From Octopus sinensis (taxonomy: Eukaryota): a DNA stretch of 64,000 nucleotides. The notes beneath the pieces are model-generated. The model worked only from the letters and a program-made list of their open reading frames with translations, was not told the origin of the DNA and made no database searches. Positions 26,364 through 36,593 of the stretch are shown here, one piece after another (position 1 is the first letter of the stretch; each line of letters opens with the position of its first letter). The translations under genes and the position numbers were made by a program. The stretch is from the NCBI RefSeq assembly GCF_006345805.1, contig NC_043024.1, positions 16,120,001 through 16,184,000 of the forward strand, given 5' to 3'.

Positions 26364-26980
26364 ACAGCATTGAATTATATCACTAAACAACATATAATGG
26401 AGATCATAATATACGAAGAAAACAAACAAGATTGCTTAAAAATACTATTCAAGACAAAAGTATGCGATTAAAAATGAATTATTTTTCGTTTTTGGATTTG
26501 GTTTGCAAGATTCCTTATATGAATTCGTGTGTTGAAGCATATTCTGTTGTGTCTGGGAAGAGTCATTTTCTTTTTGGAGACTAAAAATTAAAAATAAGTG
26601 GAAATTTTACCGGTGCGTGTGTTAAAATTATAAGGCATAAAAATGAATTATTCTTGTACAAACATATCTTTAGCAACAATATATATTTATCTCTCATTTT
26701 ATTTTAATAACCATCGTTTTATCATGTATAATATAATTACTACTATAGGTAAAATTTAGTGTGTTAATTGTGTTTTTTGTTTTTTTTTCCATCGCTCCAC
26801 GAAAGCCGAACACCCTCTCGGCATGCCCTGCTCCTGCTTAGGAAGACTAAAGGAACATTTCAATTAATCAGTTGGTAAGGGAGGTAACTCCTTAATTGAC
26901 GCTGGCAAGAGTTATCTCTATTTACCATTTGAAGGTTAAGAACGGACAACACAAAACCCACAGCTGCCGCTGCAGGTCAG
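26364..26980. promoter_or_regulatory. Putative bidirectional promoter / first non-coding exons of ORMDL and TMEM69
   Basis: Locally CpG-richer sequence between the divergent genes, with an outward-facing minus-strand GTAAGT donor (plus 26358-26363) and a plus-strand GCAG|GTCAGT donor near 26977. Supported by motif inference only. Confidence 0.3.
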
Positions 26981-27399
26981 TTATTCTACGATCTCTTTTT
27001 GTTCTAGGTTCCTTGTTTTTTTTTGTTGGTCAGTTCAAAGCCTTCATATGTTTTAAAATAAATTATTAATTAATAGATGTTAATTAGGGATCGCCGATCA
27101 TTATATTCAACGCCCTAAATAAGACTTCTACTTGTCGAAGTACCTTTTCGAAAAAGAAAAAAAGTTTCTTTCCCCATCCGAAATTATCGGCACTGGTCAC
27201 ACATATACACAAGTGCATCTGTAGTTCATATATCCGAAGAAGAAGAAGAAGACGAAGAAGCACACTCGGACATTAGAGCAGTAATATATATTTTAGGAAG
27301 TTGTTACGGCCGGTCTTGGAGTGACCCTTGGTTCCACACCCATAAAGCGCTTGGCATTTTTGGCGACCTGTCAAGACTCGAATGGCCCATACGGCTAAG

Positions 27400-27625
27400 C
27401 GCTTTATAATTGCAAGGCCAATGGTCACTCTAGTACAAGCATTCATCAACAGATGGATATAGAAGGAGAGGTAGGCCTAAGAACTCGTGGCGTAGATCAA
27501 CACAAAAGGAACTGGACAAAGGGGGACATTCCTGGCAGAGTAGAAGTACAGAAGCGAAAAATTATGCGACATGGAATTCAATTATAAGTGGCCAATACTC
27601 CGTGTTGGAGGGTTAAAGGCAGAAA
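27400..27625 (+). pseudogene. Internally deleted RTE LINE 3' fragment
   Basis: LVQAFINR followed by GYRRRGRPKNSWRRSTQKELDKGGHSW, an RTE C-terminal signature. Confidence 0.6.
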
Positions 27626-27708
27626 AAAAAATGGTCATTCTATTACCGGCCGTAACAGTTATCTTCATGTATGTGTGTGTATATATATACATATATATAC
27701 ATACATAT

Positions 27709-27772
<64 letters not shown>

Positions 27773-28845
27773 TGTCAGAAAGATACGGGTTGGATAGACG
27801 TTTGCTTATTTTTATTTAATCTCTGTAGGAATTTAAGTTGCACACAAGAAAATTGAAAATTGGAATTTCAAATATTAGAGAAAGAAGAAAATGTTTACTT
27901 AAATTACGTTTATATATTTGTTTTACTTAAATGTTAAATCGAAAAAAAAAATTAAAGACGCTAAACGTTAGGATTGCCTACAATGAATTACATAAATTTT
28001 TCTGATGTACTTTTACAATTTATTTTAACAACTATTGCTGCTTGAATACCTTCTTTAAGAAGCTAAATCCAAGATCAAATAATTTAACTTCATTTTTTTT
28101 TTCTTTTAGTATTACATAATCGGAGACAGTCTGTTGATTTTGGCTGCTATTTCTGAAGTCGTACGAGACTCTGTAGAAAGGCAACGGTCCTTGGCAAGTC
28201 AACAAACAACGTGGAAAATTTCTTTGTTGCTAAATTATTTAAAAGGAAGGTGTAAGCAGGTCAGATGCACCCGTATATGTGTCAGTAGAGTGGGTATATT
28301 ATCCCAAGTGTACAACATTATATATCCATCACGGCTGGCCTTGTCAATCGGTTTCGCTCCAGGTTCTCACCAATCGATTGTTCCTTAGCATTCCATTGTA
28401 CCCCGAGTACGAAACCGATTGATAAGATCAGCTGTGAGGGATATATGATACTGTACACTTCGGACAACATATTTATAGATAGATAGAAGAAAAGATCCTA
28501 TATTATTAAATCAGTCATTTATTGCGACTTCTTTTATTTCTCTGGATTCTTTCTAATTTGGTGGGGATTTAACTGCTATTTATAGCATGTTGAGCACACT
28601 GGGAGTCATCGGTTGTTCGTGTTTATTGGACGCTGCTCGTCACACGACGATGAGTTCGAATCCAGAAAACAGCGTCGCTGCAGCGTAAAAAAAAAAAAAG
28701 CCGGTAAATGTATTCCTGTAGAATAGAGTCGGAAATTATCCAGTTCTTCAAGGACAGATGCAGAAAAAGTTTCCGTTTTGTCTTTTTTCCGATTTACGCA
28801 AAAACCACAATTCTGAAGAATTTCGAGTGTTTGAAACAAATATTC

Positions 28846-29213
28846 GGATTTTTTCGGTTTGAACGGCAGTTTTTTCTAGCGGTGTCATATGAAGTTGTCA
28901 CCCATAATTATGACCATAGTATCGATCTATTGCATTCTGTTTTAGGGTTAGGGTTGGGAGGGGGACCCAATCTGTTTCTTAAACGAGGGACATATTCATA
29001 CGGCACAGAATGTTTTTTTTTACCTCAATACACCTCATTGATTAGTTGAAATTGCAGAAATTGAAGAAAAAAAACAACAAATATCTTACAAACTATAGAA
29101 TTTTCTGAATAAAGGCAAGATGTTTTATAAACACATTCTATCCGTATACGAAGTTTAAAATATTTTAGTTACCTAGAAATTGTTACAAATTGCCGTTCAA
29201 ACCGAAAAGATCC
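28846..29213. mobile_element. MITE with GG termini and 8-bp TSD (Merlin-like)
   Basis: TIRs GGATTTTTTCGGTTTGAACGGCAG / TTGCCGTTCAAACCGAAAAGATCC; perfect TSD AAATATTC (28838-28845, 29214-29221); internal TTAGGGTTAGGG. Confidence 0.8.
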
Positions 29214-29789
29214 AAATATTCTTTTATACTTTTTTTTCATTTGTTTCAGTCCTTTGACTGCGGCCATGCTGGAGCACTGCCTTTAGTCGAGCAAATCGAC
29301 CCCAGGACTTATGCTTTGTAAGCCTAGTACTTATTCTACCGGTCACTTTTGCTGAACTGCTAAGTGATGGGAACATAAACACACCAGCATCGGTTGTCAA
29401 GCAATGCTAGGGGGACAAACACAGACACACAAATACACAAGCACACATATATATATATACATATATACGATGGGCTTCTTTCAGTTTCTGTCTACCAACT
29501 TGACTCACAAGGCTTCGGTTGGCCAGAGGCTATAGTAGAAGACACTCGCCCAAGGTGCCATGCGGTGGGACTGAACCTGGAACCATGTGGTTGGTAAGCA
29601 AGCTACATACCACGCAGCCACTCCAGCCAATCAAAACGAAGTTAATACATTATGGAAAAGGAGGGGCACCACTGCCTTTTATGTTCTTCAGTTTTCTTTT
29701 TCTGGTCGTATGTTACTTAAAACAAAGATCCACAGAAATTACAGTTTTTGGTGGACTAGATAATTTCCAACTGAAGTAGTTAATGTCAT

Positions 29790-30240
29790 ACTGTGCAGGT
29801 GGCACATAAAAAGCACCATTTGAGTGTGGTCAGTGCCAGTGCTGGTAGACTGGTCCTGTGCTGGTGGCACGTAAAAAAGCACCATTTGAGCGTGATCAAT
29901 GCCAGTGCTGCCTGACTGGTTCTGTGCCGGTGGCATGTAAAAAGCACCATTCAATTGTGGTCGATGCCGGTGCTTGCAGACTGGTCCTGTGCTGGTGGCA
30001 TGTAAAAAGCACCATTCAAGTGTGGTCGATGCCAGTACCACCTGACTAGCCCTCATGCTGGTGGAACGTAAAAAGCACCCACTACATTCTCGGAGTGGTT
30101 GGCATTAGGAAGGGCATCCAGCTGTAGAAACATTGCCAGATCAGATTGGAGCCTGGTGCAGCCTTCTGACTTGCCAGTTCCCAGTCAAACCGTCCAACCC
30201 ATGCCAGCACGGAAAGTGGACATTAAACAATGATGATGAT
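29790..30240 (+). mobile_element. RTE-type 3' UTR with five ~65-bp tandem subrepeats and (GAT)n tail
   Basis: GGTGG(C/A)A(C/T)(G/A)TAAAAAGCACC recurs at 29798, 29863, 29929, 29994 and 30060, then AGGAAGGGCATCCAGCTGTAGAAAC. Related copies: 3330-3435, 20145-20335-, 22600-23055, 37260-37800, 38335-38830, 62545-62860. Confidence 0.8.
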
Positions 30241-32084
30241 CAAGATAAATAGCATTGGTTATTTACAGTTAACATCAGCAATAATTATTGACTGAGAGAG
30301 AGAGAGATAGTGCTCTGAGCTTACAGAAAGCTATTGATACAGCAACATGTGGTTGGCCCAAAGTGTCTGAAAGCAAGCATGTTACATTCATGGCTATGGA
30401 GGTTTGATGTGCTAGAAAATGCACCCAAATCTCCCACTTTAACATTAGTGAATAAATGCTCTGATTCAATTACAAACTCTCTTATTAAACAACACAAACA
30501 TGAACAGAAGTAACATAGAGAGTAAGTCAAAGACTGGGAATCCTGGATGTTTAAAACCAAAATCCAAAATGTTGTTTGAAAAAAAATGTTGACATGAAAA
30601 TTTACTACCGTTTTTCAGAAAACAAAAGCTGACAGGAAGTGCTCATTGCAATGAATATAGATTTATTAGATTTATTGGAACAAGAATTCCAGCCACATTG
30701 GAGCTTTCGAAATGTAAAATAAGCAATAAAAATAAAATTTCATGAAGATATATTCCAGGTTTATTTCATACCAAACAGGATGGTCCTGAGGTTTTGGTTA
30801 CACAAAAACACAAGGCCAAACTTCATGCTGGCTTATGAGATTTCTTTACTATGGTCTTGGCAAATATCTTTGACAGTTGGCAGCATTATTTGCAGGGCTG
30901 TTAGCTGGAGAATTGGTATATCTGTAACAACAGATCTGTGAGTCACACCTCCTTGTACAACTTGTGACTAGTGGAATACCATAGGTTTGTCAGTCAGAGC
31001 TGACTTCAGGTTACACAATACCAACAATAAGTGATGAAAATAAGGGAGACGCTTTGTAGACACAGGATCTGCTAGAGACAGCAGCTAAATCTCCATCCAA
31101 TCACACTCTAGCAGCTTAAAAATTAAAAGCCCCATTGGCTAATGACTGAATAAAAAAATGATTCTAACAACTGACTTGAGGCTGCATAACAACACTGCCC
31201 TACATCTCTTTACATTCCTCTTTGGATAATGTAGTCCAGGACAGAGAATGCTCGAAGGAAGGTCATGTTTAAGTTTCCTCTGAATAAATTTTTGGTTTTT
31301 CTGCTTATGTGAAAAAGAAACTTATTCTTTTCATAAAGATCAGAAATGTAAGTATTTGAGGGTTTTTTTTAGTGCTAATTTACTTATTCTTTTAATTCTC
31401 CTTTTAAAATCTGTTATTTTTTTCTTCTTTCAGATGTTAAGCTTAAGAACTTAAAAATGAAGGAAGAAGCCTCAACCAATCGTGTTTGCTCCAAGACACA
31501 TTGAATTCTAATACCAGTCACTAGAATTGTATTTAATTTAGGGATCATTTATTTTTTAAAAGTCTAATAACACTCTTTATATTCTTTGCACTATTTTCCA
31601 GACTTTGACATTAAACCACAGCAGTATTATACAAATTTATGGTCCATTCTGACACAACTGTTTTATTAATCAAGAATTCATTACTTACACATCACTCTCT
31701 CATAATAAATCGAATTAGCTGTTAACCTCTGATCTCAGAATTGAGTTGAATTCTTGATCAAACCGTTGATATAAAGAGAAAAAAACAAACAAAAACTAAC
31801 TTTTTAAAAACTGTTATCAGTGCTCTAATGAATTTTATTCAGTACCTAAAATTAGAATAGTGATTTGACAGAGAACGCAGAGTATCAACCAGTTTAATAT
31901 TGTGCAATATTTTAGTTCAGTCGCTCTACAGAAAACAAATATTTTGTCATATTCTAAAGGGAGTTTCAGTTGTTCATTTGCTCATACTGTTGCAGAAATT
32001 GACTTTTTTTGCTTAATCAAAAAAAAAAAAAATTATAAATATATTAATTAATTGTAATTGAGCCATTTGTTGAAGTGTCCAAAA

Positions 32085-32936
32085 ATGTTGGCTTCCAGCA
32101 ATGGTCATGCTTGGAAATTTATGCTTCCTTTGTTAACCACATGTCGTTATCATCATTGTTTGGTGTTACCCAAAGCTTTGTCCAGAATTGGCCAGCCTTC
32201 CATCACTGACAAATGCCTTGTCAGAATTAAAACTTTCTTTAATCCACTGTCAGAAAATTTTAGAAAAACTTCTACCTCTGCTTCCAACTGTAGTCTGTTA
32301 AAATCTTCCTCAGGACCTTTATCTTCACAGCTGTCTCCTGCGTATATGTCATCACCTGTTCCGTTCTGGAAATCCCTTGAATGTCGACATGCATCCTCTA
32401 GTTCTACAAAAGAAGAAGACAAATTTAAGATTATAATGGCAACATCTACATTAAAAGAACTCAGACATGCTCCTACACCTGCTTTAGTTCTCGGAATCTC
32501 AGGACTTATACCTTTTGTGTCGTTCCCATTTTATATGTTCATGACCGACACTTACATGCCAGAAATGGCTTTGGCTCAAGCTACTTACGGTGCTGTGATT
32601 TTGTCATTTCTTGGAGGTGTCAGGTGGGGCACTACTATTGCATATAACAGCATCATCAAACCAGATTGGAATAACTTAGTCCAGGCTGTGGTGCCTTCCC
32701 TACTTGGTTGGTCAGCAATTCAGCTATCTTGCCCTGTTTCAACAATGATACTGGCTGGCGGCTTTGCTTGCCTCGCCTACTATGACATGACTTTCACACC
32801 ATATCTACCTTGGTTCAGAGCCTTGCGGTTGCTTCTCAGTGGCATTGCTGTGTTGGCCCTGTGCAGTGAGCTACTCTGTTACTTGATTCTGCTTTCAAAT
32901 GCTGAAAAAGAAAGACGAGAAAACCAAACTTGCTAA
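32085..32936 (+). CDS. TMEM69: TMEM69-like (DUF3429) membrane protein, 283 aa, single coding exon
   Basis: Uninterrupted non-repeat ORF containing LGISGLIPFV...QATYGAVILSFLGGVRWG...PDWNNL...YLPWFRALR, recognisable as TMEM69/DUF3429. The first ATG is at 32085 (the ORF track starts at a TTG at 32058). The S/R/K-rich N-terminus resembles a mitochondrial targeting peptide (inference). Confidence 0.92.
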   Translation: MLASSNGHAWKFMLPLLTTCRYHHCLVLPKALSRIGQPSITDKCLVRIKTFFNPLSENFRKTSTSASNCSLLKSSSGPLSSQLSPAYMSSPVPFWKSLECRHASSSSTKEEDKFKIIMATSTLKELRHAPTPALVLGISGLIPFVSFPFYMFMTDTYMPEMALAQATYGAVILSFLGGVRWGTTIAYNSIIKPDWNNLVQAVVPSLLGWSAIQLSCPVSTMILAGGFACLAYYDMTFTPYLPWFRALRLLLSGIAVLALCSELLCYLILLSNAEKERRENQTC

Positions 32937-33283
32937 TGAATGTGAAAATGATTCCTGCCACCCATTTAGGAGCCACTCCCTAAATGTTTAACTGAATTTT
33001 GTTTTGGAACAAGATTAACATCTGTGATGGTGCCTTTACTGAGTTGAGTCCATGTTATGTTCAAAATGTTAGGTTGTGTTCTTCCCCATTTCTTAAATAA
33101 TGTGTTTTGTTTGTGTATAAATGTGAACAGCAAATTGCTCAGGTGCAAGGGAAGCCTTTACTACTTTTCATTGTGTGTGTGTGTGTGTATCTTATTTTCC
33201 AAGCATTATGTCTGTATTTATGTGTGTATATACACTCAATTATTTGAAATTGAGACTTCTCTGTTGCTACTCTGAGTATTTTG

Positions 33284-33289
33284 AATAAA
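33284..33289 (+). promoter_or_regulatory. Candidate polyadenylation signal of TMEM69
   Basis: AATAAA about 350 nt after the stop codon, just before repeat-derived sequence resumes. Confidence 0.4.
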
Positions 33290-33741
33290 TGATTAAACTC
33301 TGGCATATTGAGTCTTTTTCCTCTCTCATCTGGAAATTTAAATGATTGCACACACACACCCACACACCGATCCCTGTATATAATATATGTAGATGTAGGT
33401 TTTTTTCTTTTTAAAGGAGCACTCCATTGGTTATGACAAGGGTCGCAGCTGATGCGATCAACGGAACAGCTTGCTTGTGAAATTAACGTGCAAGTGGCTG
33501 AGCACTCCACAGACACGTGTACCCTTAATGTAGCCTTCAGGGAGATTCAGCATGACACAAAGAGTGACAAGGCCGGTCCTTTGAAATACAGGTACAACTC
33601 ATTTTTGCCAGCTGAGTGGACTGAAGCAATTTGAAATAAAGTGACTTGCTCAAGGACACAATGCATCGGCTGGGAATTAAATTCAGGACCTTACAATCGT
33701 GAGAAAATTGCCCCTAACCACTAAGCCATGCACCTTCACAG

Positions 33742-33788
<47 letters not shown>

Positions 33789-35037
33789 GCATGTGTGTAA
33801 AGTGGTTGGTGTTAAGAAGGGCATCCAGCTGTAGAAACCAAACTATATCAGACTGAAACTAGCTCTGATCAAACTGTCCAACCCATACCAGCATGGAAAA
33901 TGGACGTTAATGGATGATTATGATAGTGACGATGATATAAATATATATACAAGTATCAAAATGGTATGTTTGTTCCTTCTCGAGCCACGCCTGGCTTATA
34001 AGGGCCGGTTTCCAGGTTTCCTTGGTGTATAGGTTCCCCACCTGGACGTGACGCTGGTCCATTGCAGGTGAGCTGCAAGATGCAGGATCAAAGAATGAGA
34101 GAAAGTTGTGGTGAAAGAGTCGGCAGAAGTTCGCCATTACCTTCTGCTGGAGCTGTGTGGAGCTTAGGTGTTTCGCTCATAAACACACATCGCCCGGTCT
34201 GAGATTCGAACCCGCAATCCCTTGACCATAAGTCTGCTGCTCTAACCACTAGACCAAGTGCCTCCACATCAAAATGGTATAGGTGACTATACCAGCTTTA
34301 ACAGGCTTAGGGGTGTGAGGCAAAAAAGAAGTAAAGCAGCTGCAAATATACTGCTTGCAATGACCTGTAATCCTCACATGCTTCTTGACAAATCCTAGCT
34401 GGGACTCAAATGTCACACTTGACATAAGCATTGTGACTGACAAAGACTGTTAATACAACATTATCAAGGTTATCCAAAATGGCAAAAGTCCAACAGAACA
34501 TTTGAAAATATTTAGCAGTTCATAAACGCTAACAAAACATAAAGGCTGAAATTGAAACCAACCTAAGACATTTCTTCATTCAACTAGTAGTGATGTCATT
34601 GAATAACGAAATTGTTTTATACACACGCACACACACTTGTTACTTTCACATTTCCCAGTTATCTCAATAGTATTTATCCTGCTTCTTCAAATTATGGGAT
34701 GGTGCAGCTCTTGGTGGTCCAAATCAAATATACAGTTTATGTGGGTATCTTTTCAATAGATTGCCTGGTTTAAAAAGCCACATCAGATGCAATGATGGAG
34801 CTAAGGTGTAAGTACAAGTGGTGATCTGACTCTGCATAAGGAGTAGACAACCACCATATATATAATATATATAATATATATATATATATATATTGGTAAA
34901 AACGGTAAGATAACAAAAGAAAGAAAGAGACTTCAATATTATGTAAATAGAGGAATTTATCTGTAAATATAATATATGACAATTATTCGGTAGCCAAGAT
35001 AAAACTGAGTTTCGGATGCCGAGGTGGCAATATATAT

Positions 35038-35828
35038 GGATCTTTTCCTTTTGAACGGCACATGTCAACACAATTTCTAGTCAACTAAACACTTTTAAAC
35101 TTCGTATACTGGTAGAATGTGTCAAAATAAAACATTTTTTTCTCTTGGCTTTCTTGAGAAAATTGTAATTCATTTGTTTAACGTAGTTTAATTTTTCGAA
35201 TTTTAACCAATGAGTCGCCTCTAATTGAGCTAAAATCATTTGCTGCGTCTAAAACTGAGAAAAAATCCTGTCACTAACCCTAAACCTCACCCTAACCTAA
35301 CCCTAAATTTTTTTCTCTTAATTGTTGAATTAATTTAATTGTTACGCATGTAAAAAAAATGGAAGGCTAAAATGAAAACAATGGAAAATAATTTAAACAA
35401 TTAACAAACAAAATAATTCTATAATTTTATACACACGCTTTCCGTAACACACTTTACAAAGCGTGTGTATAAAATTATAGAATTATTTTGTTTGTTAATT
35501 GTTTAAATTATTTTCCATTGCTTTCGTTTTTACACGAGTAACAATTAAATTAATTTAACAATTAAGAAAAAAAAAATTTAGGGTTAGGGTTAGTGACAGG
35601 ATGTTGTCTCAGTTTTAGACGCAGCAAATGATTTTAGCTCAATAGAGGCGATTCATTGGTTAAAATTCGAAAAATTAAACTACGTTAAACAGACGAATTA
35701 CAATTTTATCAAGAAAGTCAAGAAAAAAAAATGATTTATTTTGACACATTCTACCAGTATACAAAGTTTTAAAGTGTTTAGTTAACTAGAAATTGTGTTG
35801 ACATGTGCCGCTCAAAAGGAAAAGATCC
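35038..35828. mobile_element. ~790-bp fold-back element of the GGATCTTTTC-terminal family
   Basis: Near-complete palindrome with arms of about 380-390 bp around a loop near 35420-35460. Termini GGATCTTTTCC/GGAAAAGATCC; flanks ATATATAT/ACATATAT fit an 8-bp TSD; both arms contain telomere-like repeats. Confidence 0.85.
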
Positions 35829-36560
35829 ACATATATATATATATATGAAATATAATAATATGAGTGTGTAGGTAGAGGTCAATAGAAACTGTAGTGATTG
35901 ATGAGGTGGAAATATTTGTGGCTCTCTGTCGGTTACGATGACGAGGGTTCCAGTTGATCCGATTAACAGAACAGTCTGCTTGTAAAATTACCATATAAGT
36001 GGCTGAGCACACCACAGACACCTGTACCCTTAATATAGTTATCAGGGAGATTCAGTGTGACAAGGCTGGCCCTTTGAAATACAGGTACAACAGAAACAAG
36101 GGAGAAAGCTGTGGTGAAACAGTACAATAGGGTTCGCCACCACCCCCTGCTGGAGCCTTGTGGTGCTTTAGGTGTTTTCGCCCAATAAACACTCATGCCT
36201 GGTCTGTGAATTGAAACTGCAATCCTACGACCATGAGTCTGCTGCCCTAACCACTGGGCCATTGCACCTCCACCATGGTGGTGGAAATATACATAGGAGA
36301 ATAAATGTGTTGACAATGAATTTACTGAGGCCAATGGAATGGGAGGATAAATATTTTTTGTGAATTGTTGGAAATGACTTTAAATTAGGCATAGGAGTGA
36401 CTGTGTGGTAAGTAGCTTGCTTATGAACCACATGGTTCCAGGTTCTGTCCCACTGCATGGCACCTTGGGCAAGTGTCTTCTACTATAGCCTCAGGCCGAC
36501 CAAAGCCTTGTGAATGGATTTGGTAGATGGAAACTGAAAGAAGCCTGTCGTATATATGTG

Positions 36561-36593
<33 letters not shown>

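Noticed and set aside
29790-30085. CRISPR-like repeat array
   Set aside because: The intervening segments are homologous to each other rather than unique spacers, the context is eukaryotic and there are no cas genes.
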